The notes: a model not told the origin generated them from the letters alone. Counted from the first letter of the stretch, positions 9,911 through 21,010 are shown. The stretch: 64,000 bases of DNA from a candidate division WWE3 bacterium (GCA_013335095.1 JAAXWF010000002.1:261-64260), one strand, 5' to 3'. Program-made: numbers and translations.

Positions 9911-10655
9911 CAGTCTTTTCGACCTCAGTTACATTCCCAGCTAAATCTTCAGCTTTAATTTTTAAGTGATTTTCACCAGGTTGTACCGAATAAAAATATG
10001 AAAAGCTACCATCGTTTTGTACTATTGCTCGTGAATCATTGATCGTAATAGTACTAGACGGATCAGTAGTACCCTTTACCTCAACCTTAGATTCTGAATT
10101 TGGGTCGCTGACAGATACATCTAACTTAGGTTTTTCATTATCAACTACGATAGTTTGTTTTTCGCTTGGTTGGCTTAGTTGACCACCGATATCAGCAGTA
10201 CCATAAATAACATTTTGTCCTGATACAAGTGTTATTCCGGTTGCCTCAAAACGTCCATTCTTATCACTTAATAAGGTTGCAACTACTTCATCGTTACGAT
10301 AGAGCTTAACCTCGACACCTTCCTGAGCCCATCCTCTAATATCAATAGATGTTTCCTTTAGATTCATCGGGATTGGATCAATACGGGGAGGAATTATAGG
10401 TTGACCCGAAGTTTGTGTCGTGTCATCTACGATTGTTTGATCATTGGTATTGGTGTAACTTAAAAATCCACCGAGAGCACCAACGATATCAACTCCCCAG
10501 AAATATAGGCCAACCGCCAATAATACAATCACAATCAACGTTCCATACACCCGACGGTACATAAGCTGTTCTTCTTCATGCAATGATGTATCGGGTCGAT
10601 AATTATAAGAAACTCGAGTGCCTTTAACCGGTGTTCTTTTAAATTGTTTACTCAT
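9873..10655 (-). CDS. membrane-anchored protein with bacterial Ig-like domains
   Basis: Single TM followed by two beta-rich modules ending IVVDNEKP and AEDLAGN. Confidence 0.75.
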   Translation of the reverse strand: MSKQFKRTPVKGTRVSYNYRPDTSLHEEEQLMYRRVYGTLIVIVLLAVGLYFWGVDIVGALGGFLSYTNTNDQTIVDDTTQTSGQPIIPPRIDPIPMNLKETSIDIRGWAQEGVEVKLYRNDEVVATLLSDKNGRFEATGITLVSGQNVIYGTADIGGQLSQPSEKQTIVVDNEKPKLDVSVSDPNSESKVEVKGTTDPSSTITINDSRAIVQNDGSFSYFYSVQPGENHLKIKAEDLAGNVTEVEKTVNFSPSPTPASE

Positions 10656-10723
10656 ACATGTATCTTACTGGATATTTTCATATTGTACTCTATTGAAGAT
10701 AAATACCAAAATCAGCGCTATCC

Positions 10724-10799
10724 TGGAGCCCACTGTCGGGATTGAACCGACGACCTGCGGTTTACGATACCGCCGCTCTACCAGCTGAGCTAAGTGGGC
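10724..10799 (-). tRNA. tRNA-Thr(CGT)
   Basis: GCCCACTTAGCTCAGCTGGTAGAGCG GCGGT AT-CGT-AA ACCGC AGGTCGTCGGTTCAATCCCGACAGTGGGCTCCA. Confidence 0.95.
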
Positions 10800-10898
10800 A
10801 ACAATAATACTCTAGAGGTAAATGGGGAGTACCCATCACAAACACCATTATTAACAGATTGAGGTTCTGTTGTTTCTTCATTTCATTGCCTTTCGTAA

Positions 10899-10974
10899 TG
10901 GAGCGGCGGACCGGACTCGAACCGGCGACCTTCTGCTTGGGAAGCAGATGTTCAACCAGCTAAACTACCACCGC
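10899..10974 (-). tRNA. tRNA-Gly(CCC)
   Basis: GCGGTGGTAGTTTAGCTGGTTGAACA TCTGC TT-CCC-AA GCAGA AGGTCGCCGGTTCGAGTCCGGTCCGCCGCTCCA. Confidence 0.95.
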
Positions 10975-11127
10975 ACGAAGGCAACGAAATTATAGCATTC
11001 GTAACGTGCTTTATCTCCCCACCTCTTTGCACCTCTATAAATACTCGCAAACTCTTAACTGTAATACTAATGCGCATACTGTAGGTTGTACAACGAAATC
11101 GATTCTACAAATACATCACATTACTAT

Positions 11128-11904
11128 TTATTTTGTCACGTTTGGTATCACCAATACATTTCCACTATGAATAAGTGGATATTGGGATCCATTTGGACCA
11201 GTACGGTATGACAAATGGTTCTCCGTAGCATTAAATATGTCATGCCATCGATTACCATCACCATAGAGCTTCTGAGCGATACTCCATAGAGTATCTCCAC
11301 GCTGAACCGTATATGTTTCAGTTGTTCCAACTGCAGTCGACGGCGTTTCTACGTTTGAACCATTAGTAATTGTGTTCTCTTGGTTACTTGTAGTTGGTGT
11401 CGGAGTCAATTCAGGCTGACTGACAACGGTAGTTGGGGTTGCTGTTGGCTCAGTTACCGCAACGTCATTGTTGGTACCAATATTTGGAATCGTTAATGTT
11501 TCGCCGACTTTTAATTGTGAACTGTCTGAAATATTGTTTGCTTTGGCAATCTCTTTCCATAAAAAGCCATCATTAAGCCTCTTTTCAGCAATACTCCACA
11601 GAGTATCACCCTGTTGAACAATATACTGATTTGCCTCAGTAGACTCTGTTGGTGTATTGGTAATACTGACCTCTGGAGTAGTCTGATTAGCTGAAGTAAT
11701 TGTTGGAGTCTTATTTGTAGCTTGTTGATTCTGATTATTTTGTGCACCATTATTTGAACCAGCGTCTGACTGGAAAAAATTGTATGCAAGAAAAGCCGCC
11801 AGAACGAGTAATATTCCAATAAATATACTCGTCATGCGAGATCGGTCTGATACGGCTGCATCAGTTTGACTTGGCTGATTTTGGGTAGTTACTTCTTCAT
11901 TCAT
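11128..11904 (-). CDS. membrane-anchored protein with two LysM domains
   Basis: TM, T/P/N-rich linkers, YIVQQGDTLWSIAE and YTVQRGDTLWSIAQ; start ATG 11904 (the ORF extends to 11919). Confidence 0.9.
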   Translation of the reverse strand: MNEEVTTQNQPSQTDAAVSDRSRMTSIFIGILLVLAAFLAYNFFQSDAGSNNGAQNNQNQQATNKTPTITSANQTTPEVSITNTPTESTEANQYIVQQGDTLWSIAEKRLNDGFLWKEIAKANNISDSSQLKVGETLTIPNIGTNNDVAVTEPTATPTTVVSQPELTPTPTTSNQENTITNGSNVETPSTAVGTTETYTVQRGDTLWSIAQKLYGDGNRWHDIFNATENHLSYRTGPNGSQYPLIHSGNVLVIPNVTK

Positions 11905-11989
11905 TCCCTTGAAAATCACCCCCTCTGGGCAGCAGGATGCAGATAAAAAGTATCTCCCTCGTAATGAATTGTCGGAATACCGAGTGGAG

Positions 11990-12066
11990 TGGCGGGGCCG
12001 ACGGGACTCGAACCCGCGACCTCTTCCGTGACAGAGAAGCGCTCTAACCGACTGAGCTACGGCCCC
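11990..12066 (-). tRNA. tRNA-Asp(GTC)
   Basis: GGGGCCGTAGCTCAGTCGGTTAGAGCG CTTCT CT-GTC-AC GGAAG AGGTCGCGGGTTCGAGTCCCGTCGGCCCCGCCA. Confidence 0.95.
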
Positions 12067-12357
12067 ACATACCTCTTTTTTGTCTTCAAATAAAGAAAAA
12101 ATTCTTTATAAGAGTAGTTGCGATACTATCAAAGACTTGCGTGTAAGTCAACGAAATGCTACGATTTTTACAATTAAACAGCGCATTATAAACAGCACTT
12201 AAAAGCGGTAAAAATTGCATTAATAATCGTGTTTTAATCATGAAATTTTTTTTCATACAGGTATCCTACCAAAAGTTAACTAGTCATCCTTTTTTTCATA
12301 AATTAGCACAAACTATACCGAATAAGATAAAATACTCATTAAAGGAGGTGATGTAAA

Positions 12358-12906
12358 TTGCCATATATTATAGGAATACTCGTACTTGCGCTCGTATTTG
12401 TGTGGTTTATCTATAACCAATTAGTAACAGCACGTGCACGTGTAGACGAAAGCTGGTCAGGAATAGACGTGCAACTAAAACGTCGTTCAAGCCTTATACC
12501 TAATTTGGTAGAGACAGTAAAAGGGTATGCGACTCACGAACAAGATGTATTCGAGAATGTCACAAAGGCAAGAGCCCAATTAATGAATGCTCAGTCACCT
12601 AAAGAAAAGGCTGAAGCGGATAATGTGTTGACAGGAGCTTTAAAAACAGTATTTGCCGTTGCTGAAAACTATCCTGAATTGAAAGCCTCACAAAACTTCC
12701 AGCAATTACAGACTGATTTAACCGATACAGAGGATAAAATCTCTTATGCACGTCAATTCTATAACCAAAATGTTATGGATTACAACGTAAAAACAGAGAT
12801 GTTTCCGCACGTCGTCATTGCGAATTTGTTTGGATTTAAAGCACGAGAATTCTTTAAAGCTGAAGAAGAAGCAAAACAGGATGTCAAAGTTGATTTTAGT
12901 AAGTAA
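12358..12906 (+). CDS. lemA: LemA family protein
   Basis: YNQLV...[20 protein letters not shown] and [12 protein letters not shown]; SD AAAGGAGGTG with TTG start. Confidence 0.95.
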   Translation: MPYIIGILVLALVFVWFIYNQLVTARARVDESWSGIDVQLKRRSSLIPNLVETVKGYATHEQDVFENVTKARAQLMNAQSPKEKAEADNVLTGALKTVFAVAENYPELKASQNFQQLQTDLTDTEDKISYARQFYNQNVMDYNVKTEMFPHVVIANLFGFKAREFFKAEEEAKQDVKVDFSK

Positions 12907-12924
12907 CCTGATACACGTCGAATA

Positions 12925-12959
12925 AAAGCGATCCTTATTGGTAACTGGGTCGCTTTTTT
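12925..12959 (+). terminator. intrinsic terminator after lemA
   Basis: AAAAGCGATCC...GGGTCGCTTTTTT. Confidence 0.7.
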
Positions 12960-12996
12960 CGATTGTAGACATTCGTGATAAGATAGTTTTAATCGC

Positions 12997-13281
12997 ATGG
13001 CTGTAGATATCGAAAAGGTCGCAAAATTAGCGCATTTACCGTTAACGGACACAGAGAAGGAGATGTTCTCCGGCCAGTTATCTCAAATAATCACATTTAT
13101 TGAAAAATTAAATACGCTCAATCTTGAACAGGTAGAACCGACATTCCAAGTGACAGGAAAGATAAATGCATCAAGAATTGATATGGTTGGTCAACCGCTG
13201 TCAGCCGAAGAGGCTACACAAAACGCACCAAACCTTCAGGATTCGTATATTGTTACCAAAGGGGTATTCGAAAATGAATAA
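12997..13281 (+). CDS. gatC: Asp/Glu-tRNA amidotransferase subunit C
   Basis: IEKVAKLAHL...VEPT pattern; first gene of gatCAB. Confidence 0.9.
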   Translation: MAVDIEKVAKLAHLPLTDTEKEMFSGQLSQIITFIEKLNTLNLEQVEPTFQVTGKINASRIDMVGQPLSAEEATQNAPNLQDSYIVTKGVFENE

Positions 13282-14677
13282 ATTATTAACAATTCAGGAA
13301 ATAAAAAAGTTGTATGAACAAAACCAGATTTCTAGTAAAGAACTACGGCAAGAATATCTTAACCGGATTAACGCATACGACCAATCGATTAATGCTTTTG
13401 TAACCATAGTTGAATCAGATGACTCAGACGAACATCAGCTCATCCCAATAGCACACAAGGATATCTACTCGACAAAAGGTATCGAAACAACAGCTGCTTC
13501 AAGCATTCTAAAAGATTACATACCACCCTATGATGCAACCAGTGTCACACGTCTTGCTCAAAAAGGATTCTCGACGATCGGGAAGGTAAATTGTGATGCA
13601 TTTGCTCATGGCGCAACCGGAGAAAACTCTGATCTAATGATTACAAAAAATCCGTACCAGCTTACACGGACACCTGGCGGGTCTTCGAGCGGGTCTGCGG
13701 CAGCTGTTGCTGCAGGATTTGCGCCAGTAGCAACGGCAACAGATACGGGAGGAAGTATTCGCTTGCCAGCTTCATTTACTAATACAGTAGGACTAAAGCC
13801 GACTTACGGACGCGTATCGCGCTATGGCGTCATAGCAATGACATCTTCGACGGACTCAATCGGACACATCACCAGCACGGTCTGGGATAATGCCTATGTT
13901 TTGAACATCACTGCTGGACATGATCCCAACGATGCCACGAGCTCACAGCATCCTGTAGATGACTATCTTAAGCTGATTGACAAAGACATCACCGGCATTA
14001 AGATTGGGGTACCACAAGAATATGTTCAAGGATTAGATCCAATTATCAAAGAACGTTTTAATTCTGCATTAAAAGTATTAGAAAGCCTCGGCGCAATAAT
14101 CGATACAACCATCTCCCTCCCTCATACCGAATACGCAATTTATACCTATTACATCATTACACCGGCAGAAGTTAGTTCCAATCTGGCCAGACTTGATGGG
14201 ATTCGCTACGGACATGATCGCAGCCAATTTGGTGCAGAAGCAAAACGACGAATTATGATTGGTACATATTGCTTATCGAGTGGTTACTACGATGCGTATT
14301 ACCTTAAAGCACAAAAAGTACGTACGCTGATTATCGAGGATTTCAAAAACGCATTTGAAAAAGTCGATGTATTAGTCGCTCCCGTATCTCCAAGTTTTCC
14401 TCCGGAACTCGGATCGGTTATAAAAGACCCGGTCACTACATACATGATGGATGTTCTTACTGTACCGATTAACCTAGCGGGTGTACCTGCTCTTGCGGTA
14501 CCTGCAGGATTTTCCCAAAATCCAGTAAACGGAAAGCTTCCAGCCGATTCTCTCCCGTGCGGAATCCAATTTATTGGTAATTACTTTGATGAAAAGCAGC
14601 TGTATCAAGTGGGACATGCATTTGAACAATCAACAAACTATTATCTATATCGACCGACATTAACGGAGACAACATGA
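13274..14677 (+). CDS. gatA: Asp/Glu-tRNA amidotransferase subunit A
   Basis: Amidase signature PGGSSSGSAAAVA, TDTGGSIRLPA and SSNLARLDGIRYG. Confidence 0.96.
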   Translation: MNKLLTIQEIKKLYEQNQISSKELRQEYLNRINAYDQSINAFVTIVESDDSDEHQLIPIAHKDIYSTKGIETTAASSILKDYIPPYDATSVTRLAQKGFSTIGKVNCDAFAHGATGENSDLMITKNPYQLTRTPGGSSSGSAAAVAAGFAPVATATDTGGSIRLPASFTNTVGLKPTYGRVSRYGVIAMTSSTDSIGHITSTVWDNAYVLNITAGHDPNDATSSQHPVDDYLKLIDKDITGIKIGVPQEYVQGLDPIIKERFNSALKVLESLGAIIDTTISLPHTEYAIYTYYIITPAEVSSNLARLDGIRYGHDRSQFGAEAKRRIMIGTYCLSSGYYDAYYLKAQKVRTLIIEDFKNAFEKVDVLVAPVSPSFPPELGSVIKDPVTTYMMDVLTVPINLAGVPALAVPAGFSQNPVNGKLPADSLPCGIQFIGNYFDEKQLYQVGHAFEQSTNYYLYRPTLTETT

Positions 14678-15972
14678 ACGACTATACACCAGTAATTGGA
14701 CTCGAAATCCATCTACAACTTAAAACAAAAAGTAAAATGTTTAGTGCCGCCCCCAATCAGCAGTGGCAAGCTCAACCGAATTCAATGGTAAACCCAGTTG
14801 AGCTTGGTTTGCCGGGAGCGTTACCGGTGCCGAATGAGACTGCAATTACATGGACTCAGCGATTTGGTTTGGCGCTAGGATGCTCCCTTAATAAGATTAG
14901 TAAATTCGATCGCAAAAATTATTTTTATCCTGATCTACCAAAAGGCTACCAAATTTCTCAGTACGATCAGCCTTTTTGTTACGAAGGCAATCTAGAGATT
15001 ACCGAATCAGTTGATAAACCGAAGAACATACGGATACGACGTATTCATCTTGAAGAAGACACCGGAAAATCACATCACAAAAATGGTTCAACGTATCTAG
15101 ATTTTAACAAGGCCGGAACACCATTAGTCGAAATAGTCACAGAACCTGATTTTGCAAATGCCGAAGAAACCTCTGAATTTGCTAAGATTATCCAACATGT
15201 AGCACGAATTTTGGATATTAGTGATGCCGATATGGAAAAAGGACATTTGCGATTAGAAGCGAATATTTCGGTTAAAAAGCCTGGTGAAATAGAACTACCA
15301 AACTATCGGGTTGAAGTAAAAAATATAAACAGCTTTAAGTTCCTACGTGATGCGATAAACCATGAAATCCAACGCCAAAAACAAATGCACGAGGAAGGCA
15401 AAATAATCCCACAGCAAACACGTGGCTGGAACGAATTAAAAGGTATTACAGTAGTACAAAGAGATAAAGAGGATGCCCATGATTATCGATATTTTCCCGA
15501 ACCAGATATCCCGCCGTTTGTTTTTACCGATGACGAAATAAATCAGCTTAGAGGCGGTATCCCTCTAATGCCTTGGGATATTAAAAAGGATCTGCAAAGT
15601 GGTGGCATTCGCGAAGATTTTGCCCACATAATCGCATACGATCAGCAAAAGATGTCGTGGTGGGGTACACATAATGGTGATTTATCCGATAAAAATAAGA
15701 TCGCTTCTATTATTGTTAATGCCAAAGAAACCGAGGAAGTTATCCAAAAAATCAATGATCTGAAAGCTGCGTCAACCAGACAAATGCTGTCTGATACAGA
15801 ATTAGAACGACTTATTCAAAAGGTACTTACAGAAAATCCTAAAGCGGTGCAAGATATAAAGGATGGGAAAGAAAATGCAAAGAAATTCCTAGTTGGCCAA
15901 GTAATGAAGGCCTCTAAAGGTTCAGCAGACCCAAGTAGTGCCCAGCAAATTCTTGATACGCTTACCCAATAA
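14674..15972 (+). CDS. gatB: Asp/Glu-tRNA amidotransferase subunit B
   Basis: IGLEIHLQL, FDRKNYFYPDLPKGYQISQ, HLEEDTGK and YRYFPEPD. Confidence 0.97.
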   Translation: MNDYTPVIGLEIHLQLKTKSKMFSAAPNQQWQAQPNSMVNPVELGLPGALPVPNETAITWTQRFGLALGCSLNKISKFDRKNYFYPDLPKGYQISQYDQPFCYEGNLEITESVDKPKNIRIRRIHLEEDTGKSHHKNGSTYLDFNKAGTPLVEIVTEPDFANAEETSEFAKIIQHVARILDISDADMEKGHLRLEANISVKKPGEIELPNYRVEVKNINSFKFLRDAINHEIQRQKQMHEEGKIIPQQTRGWNELKGITVVQRDKEDAHDYRYFPEPDIPPFVFTDDEINQLRGGIPLMPWDIKKDLQSGGIREDFAHIIAYDQQKMSWWGTHNGDLSDKNKIASIIVNAKETEEVIQKINDLKAASTRQMLSDTELERLIQKVLTENPKAVQDIKDGKENAKKFLVGQVMKASKGSADPSSAQQILDTLTQ

Positions 15973-16046
15973 TAACCCCACGAACACATGCTATAATCTC
16001 TTTACATCACACAGGTGGTGAGGATGTCAGTTAAAGGAGCCGCCGA

Positions 16047-17495
16047 ATGTCATCTCAACCCGTGGCCACGATGGACGACCTGATAGGTCCGACCTTATCG
16101 ATCTACCCCCAGCCAGTTCTTGAAAGTGCGAAACCCGTAATCTGGGTCTGGCAAATGATTACGAGAGGGGGTAATAAGGGAGTTCCTGGAGATTCTCTGA
16201 AAGATGAGATCAAGCTACTTTTTCCCGACCTTCATGAGGATGAAGGGGAAAATAGTGCGTTCGCCATTTTTGCCGAGTTACGGAATCTAACTGTCGTTCG
16301 GGCAGAACGTGCAATGGAGGGGGTCGGGGCATGGCAATATTACGCCATTGTTCCCTATGATGAAAACCATCCTGCTCTACGTGGGCATCTGAACAAACTC
16401 CTGGTCAGATACTTCGTCGAAACGATGATAAGATCAGGGACGCAACGAAGTGATCAACTTCGCATTGGGATCGAGAAACGCTTGGCCGAGATCCACATCA
16501 CCGTCGAGCGCAAATGGCTCGACAGCGTTTTTGGTGGTGCTCTCAGGTATCTCAAAAATCGCGGCGTAATCGCCCGATCGGCCGAATCAACGGCTAAAGT
16601 TTCGGCATGGGAAATGCGCCGAACGGAAGAGGCACCCGAGGATGAGTTGGGGACTGATGATGGTCCTGGAACCTCAAGCCCTACACCGATCGACACATTG
16701 ACCGCATTGCTGTTGTCCAAACCATCTCATAGTGGGGCAACAATCAATGAATGTCGCGCAAAGGTTATCAGCGTACACCGAGATCAGTTTACAACGGCTG
16801 ATGAGGTGACGGCATGGTTACTTCAGGTACTGCAGACCGACACGAACATCGTGTTGTATCCGCCTACAATCGACAGTTACTTCGAAGGCTGTCAGCTGGT
16901 ATATCATGCTACTCGACTGCCACAATCAATTGAAGGGTTTAATCAGACCCTCAATCGGGCAATCAGTGCGATTTCGGATCTTATCGAAATACGCGCGGTC
17001 TGTACTCTGGCTGAGGTAACTCAGTTCATTGAATCGCCAAGTGGGCGTATGCTGATACCTGGAATCCTCTACAATGAGGTCCGTGATCGGATGAGACCGA
17101 AGTTCATGCGGGCGTACATTTTGCTGATCCTGGATCGTATTGTCGCATCAGGGTTAGCCTGGATAGATAACGACGGCCCAGAGACAAAATACGTCACGCA
17201 ACTCAGATCGAGCACAGCGGCGAGCGAACCGGCTGAAGCACCACGGCCTCCGGTTTTAGATGATGCTCTGGTAAATTCGGATCACCAGAGCGCATTTACC
17301 TGGCCGGTTGCTCAACCCAGTAGTCCATCGGTATCAGCCGCAAAGACAGATACGATCGCTTCACAGATCTCGGAAATCCTGCTCAGCGGGGTTGAGCAGG
17401 TCAGTGCCGTGATACCGGGCCTACCGAGTCCAGTAGTGATTCCGGTTAATCCAAAGACTCAGCGAGTAATGATCATCGTGATCGCGACTGAGTAA
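16047..17495 (+). CDS. orphan protein, possibly tandem winged-helix modules (GC-rich islet)
   Basis: 482-aa ORF with own TG-c-TATAAT promoter, AAAGGAG SD and 3' hairpin; family not recognised. Confidence 0.7.
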   Translation: MSSQPVATMDDLIGPTLSIYPQPVLESAKPVIWVWQMITRGGNKGVPGDSLKDEIKLLFPDLHEDEGENSAFAIFAELRNLTVVRAERAMEGVGAWQYYAIVPYDENHPALRGHLNKLLVRYFVETMIRSGTQRSDQLRIGIEKRLAEIHITVERKWLDSVFGGALRYLKNRGVIARSAESTAKVSAWEMRRTEEAPEDELGTDDGPGTSSPTPIDTLTALLLSKPSHSGATINECRAKVISVHRDQFTTADEVTAWLLQVLQTDTNIVLYPPTIDSYFEGCQLVYHATRLPQSIEGFNQTLNRAISAISDLIEIRAVCTLAEVTQFIESPSGRMLIPGILYNEVRDRMRPKFMRAYILLILDRIVASGLAWIDNDGPETKYVTQLRSSTAASEPAEAPRPPVLDDALVNSDHQSAFTWPVAQPSSPSVSAAKTDTIASQISEILLSGVEQVSAVIPGLPSPVVIPVNPKTQRVMIIVIATE

Positions 17496-17500
17496 AATAC

Positions 17501-17526
17501 GCCGGGGGAGTTAAAGCTCCTCCGGC
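17501..17526 (+). terminator. hairpin after orphan ORF
   Basis: GCCGGGGGAG-ttaaag-CTCCTCCGGC; weak U-tract. Confidence 0.6.
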
Positions 17527-17660
17527 ATTATCTAAATTAGTGGTAAAAACGACACCTCCCATCGCAACAAGTCCGATCAGGCATAGTAAGGTTTAGGTTT
17601 ATGCAACAATAAATTTACCTTTACAATAAACAATTATCTTATGTTACATTGATCATTGAT

Positions 17661-20600
17661 ATGTCATTCGTCCATCTCCATAATCATAGTGAATATTCTC
17701 TTCTTGATGGATTAAGCAATGTCAAAGATTTAGTAGCCCGAGCCGTTGAACTAGGCCAACCGGCAATAGCGTTAACAGATCATGGCGCAATGCATGGAAT
17801 TATAAAGTTTTATGTTGCGGCTAAAAAAGCGGGTATAAAACCGATCCTTGGTATGGAGGGTTATCTTGCCCCACGCACACTCCATGATAAAGAAGGAGCA
17901 ATCGATACGAGCCCGGCACACATATTACTTTTAGCCCAGAACCTTCAGGGTTACCGAAACCTAATGCAGCTTTGTACTATCGCCAACGTTGAAGGGTTTT
18001 ATTACAAACCCCGTATAGATAAACAGGTACTCCGAAAATATGCCGAAGGGATAATAACCTCATCTGGATGTATTGACGGGGAAATACCTCGGGCACTCTT
18101 GCAAGGTAACTATACGCGAGCACAAGAGCTTGTTCGAGAATATCTCGATATTTTTGGACCAGAAAACTTCTTTTTTGAGCTCCAACGTCACCAAACTGAA
18201 AACCCTGGAAGATTATTTGAAATGTTGGAAAAAGTAAATCTTGGGATTGTAAAACTGGCCCATGAATTTAAGCTCCCGCTTGTGGCAACAAATGATGTCC
18301 ACTATGTTCGACGGGACGATGCAGAAGCTCAAGATGCACTTCTTGCCGTGCAAACGAAAGAGATGCTCGGCGACCCAAATCGTAAGTTATCTATGGCCGA
18401 TTCTCCTGACTTTTATCTAAAAAGTACCGATGAGATGCAGATGCTCTTTAAGGAACACCCCGAAGCACTCGAAAATACCCTCATGATTACTGATAGAATA
18501 ACCGACGATTATGAATTACCAATGGGTAAGATGATCTTCCCGTATTTTGAAGTACCCGAAGGGATGACCCCAGATAGCTACTTACGAAAACTTGCTTACG
18601 ATAACCTCCCAAACAAGTATCCCAATCCGGATGAGGTAGTTATAGAAAGAATTGAAAAAGAACTTAAAATTATCTCTGATAAAGGATACAGCTCATATAT
18701 TCTCATCATGGGTGATCTCGCCGACTTCTGTAAAGGCGCAGACATTCTTACAAATGCGCGAGGATCTGCAGCCGGCTCTGTCGTTCAATATCTTTTAGAT
18801 ATCGTACATGTTGATCCTCTCAAATATAAATTACCATTCGAACGATTCTTAAATCCACGCCGTCCGACTCCACCTGATGTCGATCTAGATATTGCAGATA
18901 TCGGTAGAGACAAAGTTATTCAGTACACCGCGCAAAAATATGGGCAAGATAAGGTTGCCCAGGTGTGCACATTCGGAACAATGGAAGCCCGAGCAGCGGT
19001 CCGCGATGTGGGAAGAGTGATGGGTATGCCGTATACCTTTTGTGACAAAATCGCTAAACTGATCCCCCCACCAAAGCAAGGCCATCACACAAAGCTTGAA
19101 GACGATATGAAGCTCGTCCCGGAGTTGCAGGAACTGTATAGCTCAAATCCCGAGGTGAAAAAGCTCCTTGATTTAGTTATGAAGCTGCAGGGCGTAACAC
19201 GTCATGCCAGTACTCACGCCGCCGCGGTGATCATAGCAGACAAACCACTCACAGACTACGTACCCCTAATGCAGGATCGCAAGGGCGGACGACTAATGAC
19301 CCAATATGACATGTATAGCCTTGATCTGAATGCGGTTGATGATGCGGTTGGGTTACTCAAGATGGATTATCTTGGTCTTCGCAACCTAAGTATCTTAAGC
19401 GAGGCAATTAAGCTTGTAGAAAAATATCATGGAATCAAGATCGACCCGTATACAATCCCGCTCGATGAGGAGATTGTGTATAAGATGCTGGGAGAAGGCG
19501 ATACAACAGGAGTATTTCAAATGGAAAGCTCTGGAATGAGGCAAGTTGCCCGTGACATGAAACCAAACCGAGTCGAAGATCTAATTGCTTTGGTAGCGCT
19601 TTATCGACCAGGCCCCATGGATATGATACCGACGTATATCGAAGGCAAAAAAAATCCGGCAACAATTGAATATCCTCACCCTGCACTTCAGCAAGTTTTA
19701 GCAGATACTTACGGCGTGTTGGTCTATCAGGAGCAATGTATGGAAATCGCCGTGGTAATGGCTGGATACGACCTTGGGCAAGGAGATTTATTGCGTCGCG
19801 CTATCGGTAAAAAGAAAAAGGAATTAATGGAACAAGAAAAAATTAAATTTGTTGAAGCGGCACAGCAGCAAGGATATCCGCCCCATGAATCCGAAGAAGT
19901 ATTCGGATATATTGAGAAATTTGCATCATATGGCTTTAACCGAGCCCACGCCGCAAGTTATGGATTGCTCGCATATCAGACGGCATACATGAAAGCGATC
20001 TATCCGGTTGAATACTTTACTGCTTTAATGAGCTGCGAAAGTCATAACACCGAAAAGATAGCTCTAATCGTTGCTGAATGTAAACGAAAAGGGATACCGA
20101 TACTTCCGCCCGATATAAATAAGTCAAGCACCGAATTTACCATTGAGGAACTTCCTGAGGGTACGCGCGGTATCAGGTATGCATTAAATGCGATAAAAAA
20201 TGTTGGTGATGGTGCAGTTGAAGAGATTGTGAAAGAAAGAGACCATAATGGACCATTTTCTGATTTATGGGATTTATGCAGAAGAGTCGATTCCCATGCG
20301 ATGAATCGTAAAACATTGGAAAGTTTTATATATGCAGGTGCTCTAAATAAGTTTGGTCCACGATCAGGCATACTTAAAGTCATGCCTGAATACTTAGAAG
20401 CGGCCAATGAACATCAACGAATGATACGGATTGGCCAAAATAACCTCTTTGGCTTAGATCCGAATGTTTCATCAGCTCCACCCGTTTCTCGAATACCTAA
20501 CTTTGAAGAAATTAATGAACAGCAAATTCTACAATGGGAAAAGGAAATACTGGGCTTTTATTTAACAAAACATCCCCATGAAGAAAAGCTTACAAAAATT

Positions 20601-20906
20601 GGTCAGTTTGTGAGTTTGCCCCTGAATGAATTGACTGATCAGGTTGCGGGCCGAGAATTAATCCTGGGCGGATTCGTAACGGCAAAAAGCGTTGTAACAA
20701 CGAAAAAGGATCAGCGAGAAATGGCGTTTCTGTCGGTAACTGATTCTACCGGAAATATTGAAATCATCGTATTTCCTGATGTATACCAAAATGGAGCTCG
20801 CCAAATCGAAGAAGACACCATTCTTCTGGCTAAAGGAAAGTTGGATGTTCAGGATGATGGTAGTTTTAAGATGATCGCAAAACAATTATTTGTCCCCAAC
20901 CTCTAG
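17661..20906 (+). CDS. dnaE: DNA polymerase III alpha subunit
   Basis: FVHLHNHSEYSLLDG PHP domain, ARGSAAGS, PPDVDLD, YGFNRAHA and C-terminal OB fold. Confidence 0.97.
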   Translation: MSFVHLHNHSEYSLLDGLSNVKDLVARAVELGQPAIALTDHGAMHGIIKFYVAAKKAGIKPILGMEGYLAPRTLHDKEGAIDTSPAHILLLAQNLQGYRNLMQLCTIANVEGFYYKPRIDKQVLRKYAEGIITSSGCIDGEIPRALLQGNYTRAQELVREYLDIFGPENFFFELQRHQTENPGRLFEMLEKVNLGIVKLAHEFKLPLVATNDVHYVRRDDAEAQDALLAVQTKEMLGDPNRKLSMADSPDFYLKSTDEMQMLFKEHPEALENTLMITDRITDDYELPMGKMIFPYFEVPEGMTPDSYLRKLAYDNLPNKYPNPDEVVIERIEKELKIISDKGYSSYILIMGDLADFCKGADILTNARGSAAGSVVQYLLDIVHVDPLKYKLPFERFLNPRRPTPPDVDLDIADIGRDKVIQYTAQKYGQDKVAQVCTFGTMEARAAVRDVGRVMGMPYTFCDKIAKLIPPPKQGHHTKLEDDMKLVPELQELYSSNPEVKKLLDLVMKLQGVTRHASTHAAAVIIADKPLTDYVPLMQDRKGGRLMTQYDMYSLDLNAVDDAVGLLKMDYLGLRNLSILSEAIKLVEKYHGIKIDPYTIPLDEEIVYKMLGEGDTTGVFQMESSGMRQVARDMKPNRVEDLIALVALYRPGPMDMIPTYIEGKKNPATIEYPHPALQQVLADTYGVLVYQEQCMEIAVVMAGYDLGQGDLLRRAIGKKKKELMEQEKIKFVEAAQQQGYPPHESEEVFGYIEKFASYGFNRAHAASYGLLAYQTAYMKAIYPVEYFTALMSCESHNTEKIALIVAECKRKGIPILPPDINKSSTEFTIEELPEGTRGIRYALNAIKNVGDGAVEEIVKERDHNGPFSDLWDLCRRVDSHAMNRKTLESFIYAGALNKFGPRSGILKVMPEYLEAANEHQRMIRIGQNNLFGLDPNVSSAPPVSRIPNFEEINEQQILQWEKEILGFYLTKHPHEEKLTKIGQFVSLPLNELTDQVAGRELILGGFVTAKSVVTTKKDQREMAFLSVTDSTGNIEIIVFPDVYQNGARQIEEDTILLAKGKLDVQDDGSFKMIAKQLFVPNL

Positions 20907-21010
20907 CAGTCGACGATGTCGATTGCTATTTTATATCTCTATAAGGCTAAATAGTGCGCATAGCACATCTTTTAATGGCTCTATGAAGCCAACAGTATAC
21001 CGACTTTATT

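Noticed and set aside
6428-13273. Long N-terminal extensions given by the ORF track for GT2 (6428) and gatA (13166), likewise uvrA (60454)
   Set aside because: Family homology begins at downstream ATGs (6533, 13274, 60478) that couple to upstream stops or leaderless promoters.
17661-20906. Intein or split in DnaE
   Set aside because: Contiguous ORF of normal length, with no intein N-terminal Cys block or HN-C/S/T junction.
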